Part shown: piece after piece, positions 44,580 through 53,725 of the stretch
Position numbering within the stretch: position 1 is the stretch's first letter
Layout of the letters: each line of letters starts with the position of its first letter
From: a virus
Lineage: Duplodnaviria > Caudoviricetes
Length of the DNA stretch: 55,954 nucleotides
Direction: 5' to 3' (one strand)
Virus record (IMG/VR): IMGVR_UViG_3300032047_000018
Location: 1-55,954 of that record
Translations under genes and position numbers: made by a program
The notes under the pieces: model-generated
What the model was told of the DNA's origin: nothing
Seen by the model: only the letters and a program-made list of their open reading frames with translations
Database searches by the model: none

Positions 44580-45061
44580 TATTTTTTTGAATTACCCCAA
44601 TTAGCAGCTCCAACTTTTCTACATTTGGCCATTGCTCCACTTCTATATGCAGAATTTTTTGGACCATACCTGGCAACTACCTTTTTATAGCATGCATCTT
44701 TTTTTAATGGTGAAGAATTTTTATATGCTTCATCTTCCCATTCAAAATCAGGATGCCCTTCATTCATAGTTTCCCTATTATAAACTTTAGCTGGAGATTT
44801 AGTGTCTTTTTTCCAAGTTACGGTTTGATTATCATACTGCAACCTTCCTTGTGCCATTTGATCTAAATGCACTTTTTCGTGATCAACCGCTTCTTTAACT
44901 TTTTTGTCAGACAGTTTTGAATTAACAAATATAGTACCATCACGATTTGCTTCGCCTTCTATACCTTTCTCTAAATCATCTTTTAAAATAATAGGTTTTC
45001 CAAATTCGGAGTCTTTATGTATTCCGAACACGTCATGTAACGGACGAAGTTTAAATGCCAT
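44579..45061 (-). CDS. Zincin-like metallopeptidase with MAFKL leader and a basic C-terminal module
   Basis: GEANRDGTIFVN...HEKVH (44867-44881)...WEDEAY, then SPLK-KDACYKKV...KCRKVGAANWGN. Confidence 0.75.
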   Translation of the reverse strand: MAFKLRPLHDVFGIHKDSEFGKPIILKDDLEKGIEGEANRDGTIFVNSKLSDKKVKEAVDHEKVHLDQMAQGRLQYDNQTVTWKKDTKSPAKVYNRETMNEGHPDFEWEDEAYKNSSPLKKDACYKKVVARYGPKNSAYRSGAMAKCRKVGAANWGNSKK

Positions 45062-45426
45062 TACTTAGAGTATTTACCGCCTTCTTTATTACCGTAGCCT
45101 CCTTTGTTCGCTGCTTGCGCATTTTCTGCATAATGTTTACGTGCAGATTTGCTTAAGCTTTGATTAGACGCTTCTTTAATATCATAAGACATTCCTTTGT
45201 TCATTTTTTTAGCTGGAGAATCATAATCTGCTTTAGAAGCTGATTGATCGCCATGAGATGAACCATCTTTGCCTTTATAACCTTTATCTGTACCTTTGTA
45301 ATTTTTGTAATCTGATCTGCTTGCAGATTGATCACCTTTCATCGCACCGTATTTTTTAGCTGGTGAACCTTTATCACCACATCCTATTTTGTTAGGGCCG
45401 ATACCTTTAAATCCTGAATATGCCAT
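45061..45426 (-). CDS. Small basic Gly/Lys-rich protein with two SPAK motifs
   Basis: Internal repeat GDQSASRSDY / GDQSASKADY. Confidence 0.7.
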   Translation of the reverse strand: MAYSGFKGIGPNKIGCGDKGSPAKKYGAMKGDQSASRSDYKNYKGTDKGYKGKDGSSHGDQSASKADYDSPAKKMNKGMSYDIKEASNQSLSKSARKHYAENAQAANKGGYGNKEGGKYSK

Positions 45427-45447
45427 TGTTTATTATTTATTTGTTAG

Positions 45448-45984
45448 TTAATCTATTTTTTTTTGTGACCCTAATCCGCCGCCACGTGATTTGTTTTCTC
45501 TTGCTTTTTGCTTTGCTGTAGGTCCTGATCCGGCACCTTTCATTTTTGCATTAGCAACTTTGCCGGCAATTTTAGTAGCTGCCTCTTTTGATTTGCCTTG
45601 TTTTTCAAGCTTGCTTACTAAACCTTTAAAGCTTTTAGCTGGGCTACTTTTCTTTTTGCCTATAGCTTTATCTACAACTTTCCCAACAACAGCTTTGCCT
45701 AATGCTCCTGCCACGGCTCCTAGTATTTTAGCCGGGGATTCAGGTCCAATATTTTTAGGTCCAATTTTTGCTGGTGAACCTGCTATGTCATCAATGGGCA
45801 TATACTTGTTCAAATTTTTTCTTTCTTGAGATGCTGATTCTTTTTTGCCTGGCGCAGCCTCTATTTTAGCTTTTAGATGATCAGGCAATTTGTGCTGATC
45901 TCCCTTCAATGCTTTTTGCGCAGGACTTGGAAAATTTAAAGTCTTCTTTAAAAGAGGAGACTTGGGGTTCATTTTAAATGCCAT
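45448..45984 (-). CDS. Basic protein with MAFKM leader and five SP[AL]x motifs
   Basis: Contains SPLL, SPAQ and three SPAK; Lys/Ala/Gly-rich. Confidence 0.7.
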   Translation of the reverse strand: MAFKMNPKSPLLKKTLNFPSPAQKALKGDQHKLPDHLKAKIEAAPGKKESASQERKNLNKYMPIDDIAGSPAKIGPKNIGPESPAKILGAVAGALGKAVVGKVVDKAIGKKKSSPAKSFKGLVSKLEKQGKSKEAATKIAGKVANAKMKGAGSGPTAKQKARENKSRGGGLGSQKKID

Positions 45985-45986
45985 AA

Positions 45987-46427
45987 TTATCTATTTTTAT
46001 CATTAATCATATCGTCAATAGCTTTATTGTAAACTTTGTCCGTATATGTTTTGTTATTGTAGAACTTGCTTCGTTCTGATGTAGGCATGTCTTCTTCTGC
46101 CAGTAATATTCTATATACTCTATTAATTAAATTTTTACAAATATATGAAGTCGTATAAGTGTTAAATTTATTTGTAGTTCTATTTCTTGCTGAATAAATA
46201 TCAATCCATCCGTTTTTTCTTAAACGTTCCCATCGGTTTTTATCCCATGAATATGTGTAAGATCCATTAATAAAATCATTTCTTGTAAAAAACTTTTTAC
46301 AATCTAAATATATTAATAATTCTAAATCAGCGTCTTTTAAGTTGTAAGTTTTACATGCCCACTTACGCACTAACCTATAATATTTAAATAAATTTAATTC
46401 TCTTAAATCGGATGAAGTTAATCTCAT
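45987..46427 (-). CDS. Hypothetical protein, possibly winged-helix DNA-binding
   Basis: LKDADLELLIYL...RWERLRKNGWIDIY resembles a MarR-type winged helix; ATGA coupling to groES. Confidence 0.5.
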   Translation of the reverse strand: MRLTSSDLRELNLFKYYRLVRKWACKTYNLKDADLELLIYLDCKKFFTRNDFINGSYTYSWDKNRWERLRKNGWIDIYSARNRTTNKFNTYTTSYICKNLINRVYRILLAEEDMPTSERSKFYNNKTYTDKVYNKAIDDMINDKNR

Positions 46428-46681
46428 TCTACAATAACCACATCACCAATTGTAATAACTTGGTAAAGTGTGCCGTTCCATTCGATACCATGACCTGCAT
46501 GCTTGTCATATCTAATTATATCGCCGTTCTGTATATGTTCAACCTTATCCCCTACACTAACCACCTTTGCTTTTAAGTACCTAATGTCGTTATTATTTTT
46601 TTCTGTAATTTCCAAACCACCTACTTTCTTCGGCGCTTCCTTAATTTTATCTATTATAATAAAGTAATTAATTGCTTTCAA
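46424..46681 (-). CDS. groES: Co-chaperonin GroES
   Basis: Mobile loop KVGGLEI, AKVVSVG and GDIIRYDKHAG; adjacent to groEL. Confidence 0.88.
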   Translation of the reverse strand: MKAINYFIIIDKIKEAPKKVGGLEITEKNNNDIRYLKAKVVSVGDKVEHIQNGDIIRYDKHAGHGIEWNGTLYQVITIGDVVIVE

Positions 46682-48275
46682 GAGATCTTACGTTTGAGAT
46701 TATACAATCAGCAGATACTATTGTTGTGGCAACACTTATCGCATTTTTTAATGCAGCTTTTGTTACTGATATAGGGTCTACAATTCCAGCATCTACCATA
46801 TCTTTATAACAACCACATGTAGCATCTATCCCCATTCCTTGCCATTTAGAATCTTCCATTTCATTTTCAGGATCCTCTGTGACTTCTTTAGGAGTAAACA
46901 CATTTGATATACCAGCATTTTCTAATATAGCATGGTATGGCTCTTGTATTGCGTTTAAAAGAAGACCGTACCCGTCGTTTTTTATTTCAATTTCCTGTGC
47001 GGCATTGAGTAAAGCAACACCACCTCCAGGAACAATACCCTCTTGTAATGCAGCTTTTGTAGCATGCAGAGCATCTTCTACCCTATCTTTCTTTTCTTTT
47101 AACTCCACTTTAGAATCGGCCCCTACGTAAATTACCCCAACCTTACCAGTTAACATAGATAAACGCTGCTCTAATTTCTTTTTTAAATAACCGTTCTTTT
47201 CGTCTTTTATTTTCTTTTCAACATCTATTATTCTTAAAGCAACCTCTTCATTTGCTTCTGATACTTGTAATGTTGTAGTCTTGTGATCAGTAACCGCCTT
47301 TGCGACTTGGCCTAAACAATCTGGTTGAATTAAATCTAAATCATCCCCAAGCTCTTCGTTAATTACTTTAGCTCCTGTTAATATTGCTAAATCCTCTATT
47401 GAATCTTCTTTTGTTGTTGCAAATCCAGGGAGGTCAACTATATTTACTTTTATATTACCTTTAGCATTATTAGCGACTAAGGTAGCCCAGGGTTGAGCTT
47501 CTAATGTTGCAACTATTAATAAAGGTTTTTTGTTTTTTATAACAAACTCTAATATATTTTGTATACGTCTTATGTTTGGAATTGGTGAACTTACTATTAA
47601 TACGTAAGGATTATCTAATATGCAAGTACCCTTGCTTTTATCTGTTATCAGATAGGTTGATTTCATTCCTGAATCAAATTGTACGCCATCAACAAATTCA
47701 ACATAAGTTTCATTTGTTTCTGACTCTTCCATCAGAACGATCCCATTTTTTCCAACTTTTTCAAAAGCTTCGCCGATTTTTTCTCCAAGCGTAGAGTCAT
47801 TGTTACATGAAATGTAAGCCACTTGCCTAAGCATATCATCCTTAACCGGAATACTGGCGTTATCAAGATATACCAAAATTTCTTTATGGCATTCAGAAAT
47901 GCCTTCTTTAATGTCTCTAATCGTTTCTTCACCTGCGTATGAATTTATATTATGTAATAAAGAGTGAGCAAGAACGGTAGCTGTTGTTGTACCGTCCCCT
48001 GCTTCTCTTACCGTGTTTGTGGCTGCTTCTTTTATTAAAGTAGCTCCAATGTTTTCGACCGGGTCTATCAAGACTACGCTTTCCGCAACGGTTACACCAT
48101 CTTTTGTTATCACCGGTCGGCCCATTGCGTCTTCATATATAACGCATTTTCCAGAAGCTCCAAGAGTGGATCTCACTGCGTCCGTTAATTTATTAACGCC
48201 AGCCATTATTTTATTTCGCGCTTCATCGCCGAAATTCAGATCTTTAACAATCTGACTTGGTAATTTAAATTCCAT
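46668..48275 (-). CDS. groEL: Chaperonin GroEL
   Basis: Motifs ITKDGVTVA, GDGTTTATVL, KDRVEDALHATKAA and GIVPGGG. Confidence 0.97.
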   Translation of the reverse strand: MEFKLPSQIVKDLNFGDEARNKIMAGVNKLTDAVRSTLGASGKCVIYEDAMGRPVITKDGVTVAESVVLIDPVENIGATLIKEAATNTVREAGDGTTTATVLAHSLLHNINSYAGEETIRDIKEGISECHKEILVYLDNASIPVKDDMLRQVAYISCNNDSTLGEKIGEAFEKVGKNGIVLMEESETNETYVEFVDGVQFDSGMKSTYLITDKSKGTCILDNPYVLIVSSPIPNIRRIQNILEFVIKNKKPLLIVATLEAQPWATLVANNAKGNIKVNIVDLPGFATTKEDSIEDLAILTGAKVINEELGDDLDLIQPDCLGQVAKAVTDHKTTTLQVSEANEEVALRIIDVEKKIKDEKNGYLKKKLEQRLSMLTGKVGVIYVGADSKVELKEKKDRVEDALHATKAALQEGIVPGGGVALLNAAQEIEIKNDGYGLLLNAIQEPYHAILENAGISNVFTPKEVTEDPENEMEDSKWQGMGIDATCGCYKDMVDAGIVDPISVTKAALKNAISVATTIVSADCIISNVRSLESN

Positions 48276-48297
48276 TTAATTAAATTTTATTTGATTT

Positions 48298-48588
48298 TTA
48301 TTCGAATGTTTTTACAACTTTCGGTCCAGAAACGTAATCAAGTTTTTTCTGATAATGTGAAATGGATCCATCGATTGCTGATTCAGCTCCATCTAATGTT
48401 TCCCTTCTTGTAACATCTTGCCAGGTTTTTTCATCTTTAGGATGTTTTATTTCTGTTTGGTAATATCCATTTGGTAATTGGGTAATACGCCAGTTTTTTT
48501 TATCTGCTGCGTGTTTCCAGGTTTCTATGGATTTTTCTGTTGGTTGTGGTTGACTAGTCCACGAATTAGTCTGGTAAAATAGTGTCAT
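48298..48588 (-). CDS. Hypothetical protein
   Basis: 96-aa ORF with an A-rich leader; WRITQLPNGYYQTE...DVTRRET. Confidence 0.75.
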   Translation of the reverse strand: MTLFYQTNSWTSQPQPTEKSIETWKHAADKKNWRITQLPNGYYQTEIKHPKDEKTWQDVTRRETLDGAESAIDGSISHYQKKLDYVSGPKVVKTFE

Positions 48589-48630
48589 TTTGGTTTTGGT
48601 TTTAATTATTATTTATGGTTATATAATTAC

Positions 48631-50277
48631 CTAATTTTTAAGTAATTTAATTTCTTCTTGCAATTCTTGTATTGCTTTTATTAAAACGGGTACTAATGTA
48701 CTGTAATCAACTTGTTGTGGTATTATACCTTCTATATCCCCGTCTTCTTCTATTTCAGATTTAATAAGGCCTATTTCGTCTTTATAACCTGTGGCCCAAT
48801 CTTCTTTTATATTTTGTAGTTCATGTGCTTTAACACCGTAATCTCTCTCGCCATCAATCCATTTAAAATCGTAAACTTTCATTTGCGAAATTAAATCTAA
48901 GCCATTAAAATCTTTAAAGTCTTCTTTTAATCTATAATCAGACGTGGTATTATATTGTGTTCCAGATCCACCAAATGTTATGGTTCCTTTAATAGTGTTA
49001 TTGTTAGACTCAAACTTTATTGCGGTGTTGCTTGTTCTGTTCCCGCCACTATTAGGAGCTGAAGCTTGCTTTAAAGCTAAACAAGCATAATCATTACCTT
49101 GACCAGTGAAATCTGTCATGTAAAAATTGGCTACCTCTTTAGAATTCGTACCACCTGTTAAATCCGCTTGATAAGAAGATTGCATCGTAGCAGACTGGAA
49201 TATCCTATTGTTAAAAGAAAACGCTACATCATTTGTAAAATTAGTTACATGCGAATAACTCCCGTAAGTATCTATCTTTATGCTTCCATGTACTGTGGCT
49301 TGGTTTCCATCTTGGTACAAATCTATTTGATCATGGACTTTTAATATATCGTCTACTTCTAGGTTTCCATGTATTTGTGTATCTCCTGTATAAGTTATAT
49401 CTAACCTATTTATTGAATCTGTATAAAACTCTACACCTCCACCAGTTCCTACTATTGAGTTAGATGTGCCTGTATTTAAATATATATTATCTGCAACCCT
49501 TAAACTACCATTTACAGCTAATTTATTATTAGCATCTGGACTTGCCCCAATACCTACATTTGTACCATTATCTCTTATTATGCTATTGCCCAGTGTTGTG
49601 CCATTAGTAAACCTAGGTACATAATTAGCAGTACCTGAACCACCTATAGAGCCACCTGAGCTACCACTCGACGCAGCTGTTATTCTACCTTTTGCATCGA
49701 CGGTTATATTAGCATTAGTATAACTATTTGCTGTTACCCCAGAATCTTTTAATGTTAAGCCAGCAACTGAAGTATTTTGTGCCCAGCTTGCTGCATTTAT
49801 ATCTCCACCTGCGCCAATAGATATTGGTTGTGCTTCAATGCTCATGCTCAAATTACCTACATATAAATCGGCATTAAAAGTTGAATTACTCCTGAATCTG
49901 CTTGTGCCATTAACATCTAACTTTGCTGATGGTTGTGTTGTCCCTATACCACAATTATCTCCATTACTACCATTTAATATAATATCACCGTCTCTTTGTA
50001 GTTGTATTTCAGCTCCACCGGTTTGCGCTCTTGATATATAAAATGGAGCACTACCAGCTGTGCCTTGAAAATGCATGTTTACATTGTCTTGGTTACCAGT
50101 ACCCACCGCGCTAAACCTTAACCCAGAAGTGTTATTACTAGAATCTTCTATTTCTATTTGAGCACCTGGGGTTGTTGTGCCAATACCAATTCGACCAGTA
50201 CTTTGGTCTATAAAAAATTGATCAGTATTAGCCGTAAAATCCCCCGTTAACGCTGTGGAATTTAAAAGTTTTGGCAT
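48631..50277 (-). CDS. Tail fibre with C-terminal intramolecular chaperone (peptidase S74)
   Basis: GIGTTxP fibre repeats, TTSDYRLKED autocleavage motif, and coiled coil VDYSTLVPVLIKAIQEL. Confidence 0.88.
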   Translation of the reverse strand: MPKLLNSTALTGDFTANTDQFFIDQSTGRIGIGTTTPGAQIEIEDSSNNTSGLRFSAVGTGNQDNVNMHFQGTAGSAPFYISRAQTGGAEIQLQRDGDIILNGSNGDNCGIGTTQPSAKLDVNGTSRFRSNSTFNADLYVGNLSMSIEAQPISIGAGGDINAASWAQNTSVAGLTLKDSGVTANSYTNANITVDAKGRITAASSGSSGGSIGGSGTANYVPRFTNGTTLGNSIIRDNGTNVGIGASPDANNKLAVNGSLRVADNIYLNTGTSNSIVGTGGGVEFYTDSINRLDITYTGDTQIHGNLEVDDILKVHDQIDLYQDGNQATVHGSIKIDTYGSYSHVTNFTNDVAFSFNNRIFQSATMQSSYQADLTGGTNSKEVANFYMTDFTGQGNDYACLALKQASAPNSGGNRTSNTAIKFESNNNTIKGTITFGGSGTQYNTTSDYRLKEDFKDFNGLDLISQMKVYDFKWIDGERDYGVKAHELQNIKEDWATGYKDEIGLIKSEIEEDGDIEGIIPQQVDYSTLVPVLIKAIQELQEEIKLLKN

Positions 50278-50281
50278 TATA

Positions 50282-52297
50282 TTATATTGATATTAAAATT
50301 GCTTCGTAAGAGCCATTTGTGATGGTTCCGTTAAATGTTATTGTTAAAGCGCTTCCAGATCTTGTTATTGTTGGAATTACTGTTTCGCCGGCAGAGCTAA
50401 TAACTTCACATTGCACATCTTTCGCGTCTGATTTACCTAAATCTGTACTTGTGTTAATTGACCATGAAGTTGCTCCACCTGATGTTCCATTTGCAGTTAC
50501 CGCTCCCGAGGTTGCCCCAAGTGAGTATCTCTGACCATTTGAAGCTGTAGAGCCTGGATCGTCGTTTGTTACTGTAAATATACCATTTGATACAGATACA
50601 CTAATACCAGTACCAGCTGTTACGCGTGCCGCGCCTACATCTGTTGCTGTTGCATTATCTATTGCTATATCAACGCTACCAGATGAACCCCCGCCCGTTA
50701 TAGGCGCTGTAGTCGTTACTTCTGTTATATCACCTTGTGGTATTGTTGGAAAAGATTGTAACCCACCAGAACCGTCAACATACTCAGAAGAATCACCCTG
50801 CCATTCAAGATCAATAGTTCCGCTACCTGTTACAGGTGTATTAGTTACGTCTAACGCGCCTGTGTTATCTATAGCTAATCCTACACTTGTAACAAAAGGC
50901 AAATCAACTAAAGCATAACTTACTGTTTCACCACTACTTGAAGAATCTAAACCAATTAAAACTTGATCATCTTCCTCAGGAGTTCCACTACCACTTGGCG
51001 CAGCAGCTACTAATCCAGTAGTCGCAGTATAATCTACACCGACTGTTGCTGTACCACTAGAATATGAAACTGTCGTAGCAGTTCCAGCATTTACATTACC
51101 TTCACCAATCGTAGTAAGCGTAGCTTCTGTAACGTTCTTGTTAACTTCTGTCCAGTTTGCTTCAGCAGTTGGATTATCTTGTAAAGCTATAATTAAATCA
51201 CCTATAGCTAATGGTGTAGACCAGTATGTTCCACCTGCACCGCTACCAGCTGTTGTTACAACATATGTATAACCTTGTAGTACTGATGCTCCTGATGGAG
51301 GATCTTGGCTTGCATCATAACCGCCAGCATAAACTAATTGGCCTGTTAATAACCCTTCAACATAACCTTTAGTGGTTAGTGTCGTAGAGCCATCAGATCC
51401 TGTTGTTGCAGCTGATGTTCCTTTATTTGTTATACTTAAGGAATCTACTGTTGCTGTTTTTGTTACAGTTAAGTCACGGCTAATTGTAACGTCTTGAGGT
51501 AAACCTATTGTTAATGTTCCTCCAGACTCAGCCACGTCAACCTCGTTGTTTGTTCCGCTAAATGTAGCTGTTGCTTGTGTAGTTATATTAGTGGTATTAG
51601 AACCGTCTGATAAAACCCAGTAGTTATAATTATCTGAAGAAGGAATACTAACTTTACCACCGTCGGCTGTTACGTATTCACTTGATGTACCTTGCCATTC
51701 AAGTTCAAGCTCGCCATTAGTGGTTATAGGAGAATTTAAAACATCTAAAGCTGTTGAGTTATCTATACTTAACCCCACGCTAGTTACTGTACCTGATTTA
51801 TAGTCTGCTAGTTCACCAGAACCTAAAACAACTTGGGATGAGTCACCTTGCCATTCTAATTCTATAGTACCAGAACTTGTTACAGGGTTGGTACCTCCTA
51901 TACTAATAGCTTCGTCTTCATCTATAGTTAGTTCTACGCTTGTTACCGTACCTACATTACTTGTTTTGTTATTAAATGTACTCCAGTCTGTAGAACTTAA
52001 AAAACCATTTTTGCTTGCTGATGATTGATCAATTCCAATTAATACATCTGTTGTCCCGCTTAATGTTATTGGATTAGTACCTGTAGCTTTACCTATGGTT
52101 TCAACACCACCTCCTACTGCTTCCCAAGTTGGGTTAGTAGAACTAGCTACTGTACATACTTTTAGTTGATTTGAAGAATCATTATAGTAAAGTTGTCCCA
52201 ATACACCAGCTCCAGGATCAGCTCCGAGGTTTTGTATTGCCGCTCCTAATAGTTCGTTCTCATTAAGATTGATGCTGCTTAAAAAATTTATTGCCAT
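50282..52297 (-). CDS. Tail fibre protein
   Basis: Three VTSV...LEWQG repeats, TTKGYV, and a GYTYVVTTAG...GDLIIA module. Confidence 0.8.
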   Translation of the reverse strand: MAINFLSSINLNENELLGAAIQNLGADPGAGVLGQLYYNDSSNQLKVCTVASSTNPTWEAVGGGVETIGKATGTNPITLSGTTDVLIGIDQSSASKNGFLSSTDWSTFNNKTSNVGTVTSVELTIDEDEAISIGGTNPVTSSGTIELEWQGDSSQVVLGSGELADYKSGTVTSVGLSIDNSTALDVLNSPITTNGELELEWQGTSSEYVTADGGKVSIPSSDNYNYWVLSDGSNTTNITTQATATFSGTNNEVDVAESGGTLTIGLPQDVTISRDLTVTKTATVDSLSITNKGTSAATTGSDGSTTLTTKGYVEGLLTGQLVYAGGYDASQDPPSGASVLQGYTYVVTTAGSGAGGTYWSTPLAIGDLIIALQDNPTAEANWTEVNKNVTEATLTTIGEGNVNAGTATTVSYSSGTATVGVDYTATTGLVAAAPSGSGTPEEDDQVLIGLDSSSSGETVSYALVDLPFVTSVGLAIDNTGALDVTNTPVTGSGTIDLEWQGDSSEYVDGSGGLQSFPTIPQGDITEVTTTAPITGGGSSGSVDIAIDNATATDVGAARVTAGTGISVSVSNGIFTVTNDDPGSTASNGQRYSLGATSGAVTANGTSGGATSWSINTSTDLGKSDAKDVQCEVISSAGETVIPTITRSGSALTITFNGTITNGSYEAILISI
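50770..51952 (-). repeat. Three dispersed protein-level repeats of about 45 aa in the tail fibre
   Basis: VTSVELTID...IELEWQGDSSQVV, VTSVGLSID...LELEWQGTSSEYV and VTSVGLAID...IDLEWQGDSSEYV. Confidence 0.85.
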
Positions 52298-52303
52298 TGT
52301 TTA

Positions 52304-53035
52304 TTAGTTTAGATATGCTTTCCCTGAAAATGCAGCGGAAAAAGTTAGTGTTACTTGTGTCTCTGAATTATATAAGACAGAACCCTGCACAACCGTATTG
52401 GCAGAATCCACAACCGTCACTGACGGAAATTTCTTTAACTGATGATTTATTGTCCATGTTGAGTTTGGTGTTACCTGTTCAAATATTATTGTTTTGTCCT
52501 GCGCGTTTAACGGGTCTAATGTTATACCATATTGATGCGCATCTTGTATGGTCCCGCTGCTCTCTAAAGGTATTAACTGTAATTGATATATTATATTGCT
52601 TACCCCAGTAACACCTGTGAGTTCAAATATTCCAAAAGAACCTAAATCGTTTCTATCGAATATAGTTATAATGTTGTCTTGTACTTTTACTTTTGGATCT
52701 GATGGATCATCAGTAAGTAAGTAATTTAAATATGGTAATGAATTAGAATTATTCATCATTAATGTTTGTACATTAATAGATGTAATATTACTCCAATCTG
52801 TGCCATCACCGCCACCTGCCGCAAAAAACATAGAAGACTTACGCATAGCCCCGTCGATTGCGTCTGTTGTAAATTTCCAGCTATTGTTAGCTAAATAAAG
52901 GCTTATTGCTGCGGCTGATATATCTCCCAATAAAAAATTCTTAGTTGGTCCACCCGCATTATCCATGTCGGTACCAAGTAATAAATCATCCTTTTGAGGG
53001 TTATTATCTATTGGATAACTGGATACTCTAGCCAT
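52304..53035 (-). CDS. Tail fibre attachment/structural protein
   Basis: N-terminus MARVSSYP...DDLLLGTD; C-terminal small beta domain WTINHQLKKFPSVTVVD...FSAAFSGKAYLN. Confidence 0.65.
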   Translation of the reverse strand: MARVSSYPIDNNPQKDDLLLGTDMDNAGGPTKNFLLGDISAAAISLYLANNSWKFTTDAIDGAMRKSSMFFAAGGGDGTDWSNITSINVQTLMMNNSNSLPYLNYLLTDDPSDPKVKVQDNIITIFDRNDLGSFGIFELTGVTGVSNIIYQLQLIPLESSGTIQDAHQYGITLDPLNAQDKTIIFEQVTPNSTWTINHQLKKFPSVTVVDSANTVVQGSVLYNSETQVTLTFSAAFSGKAYLN

Positions 53036-53261
53036 TTTCTTGTACAGGTTTTAGATTTCTATTGCCCAGCATTAGTTCATTATACTCTATATAAGCTTTA
53101 GGGTCTTCTTGATATTTAGTTCCTTGGGCTACTACCTCTTCCCAGGTTTCACATGTAAGTTTCGCGCAGCCTACGTGCATTCTCCATCTGCCCTCTACAT
53201 CAACTATTAGTTTTACCTTGTATTTATTCAGTATGTTTATTTGCTCCTTTGTATAACCCAT
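53028..53261 (-). CDS. Hypothetical protein
   Basis: 77-aa ORF packed between its neighbours. Confidence 0.65.
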   Translation of the reverse strand: MGYTKEQINILNKYKVKLIVDVEGRWRMHVGCAKLTCETWEEVVAQGTKYQEDPKAYIEYNELMLGNRNLKPVQENG

Positions 53262-53262
53262 G

Positions 53263-53715
53263 TTATTTTTTTATTATTGATCCCACCTTTTCTGCTCCTC
53301 GCGATCCAAAATAGGCAACGTATACTGTTGTTGTTAATGTTTTAAGTAAGCTAATCCATTCTTGTTCTACTGTAAAATCTATATACCCATGACTATCTAC
53401 CCATATAAAAGATATAGTCATAAATGTAAGAAAAATTAAACTCATAGGCCTTGTATTTTTACTAAGCCATGAATCCGATTTCATATCTGCTTTCCAGCGA
53501 GCACTTACTTCTTGTGCTTCAATCATATCATGCTCCAATAACTTTAGAGCCATCTCTTTATCTGGTGGAGGTAAGTTATCGTCTTTATCAATCAAACCTT
53601 TTACTACACCAAGTAATCCTTTGTCTGGCAAAACATCTGCTAGCGAATCTAATACTCCAGATTTTCCTAATAGGAATTGTCCGACTTTGGTTTCTTTAAA
53701 TTTTTTTTTTGGCAT
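53263..53715 (-). CDS. 3TM holin-like membrane protein (GTA holin family-like)
   Basis: RWKADMKSDSWLSKNTRP followed by TM helices and YFGSRGAEK. Confidence 0.75.
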   Translation of the reverse strand: MPKKKFKETKVGQFLLGKSGVLDSLADVLPDKGLLGVVKGLIDKDDNLPPPDKEMALKLLEHDMIEAQEVSARWKADMKSDSWLSKNTRPMSLIFLTFMTISFIWVDSHGYIDFTVEQEWISLLKTLTTTVYVAYFGSRGAEKVGSIIKK

Positions 53716-53725
53716 ATTTTATATT

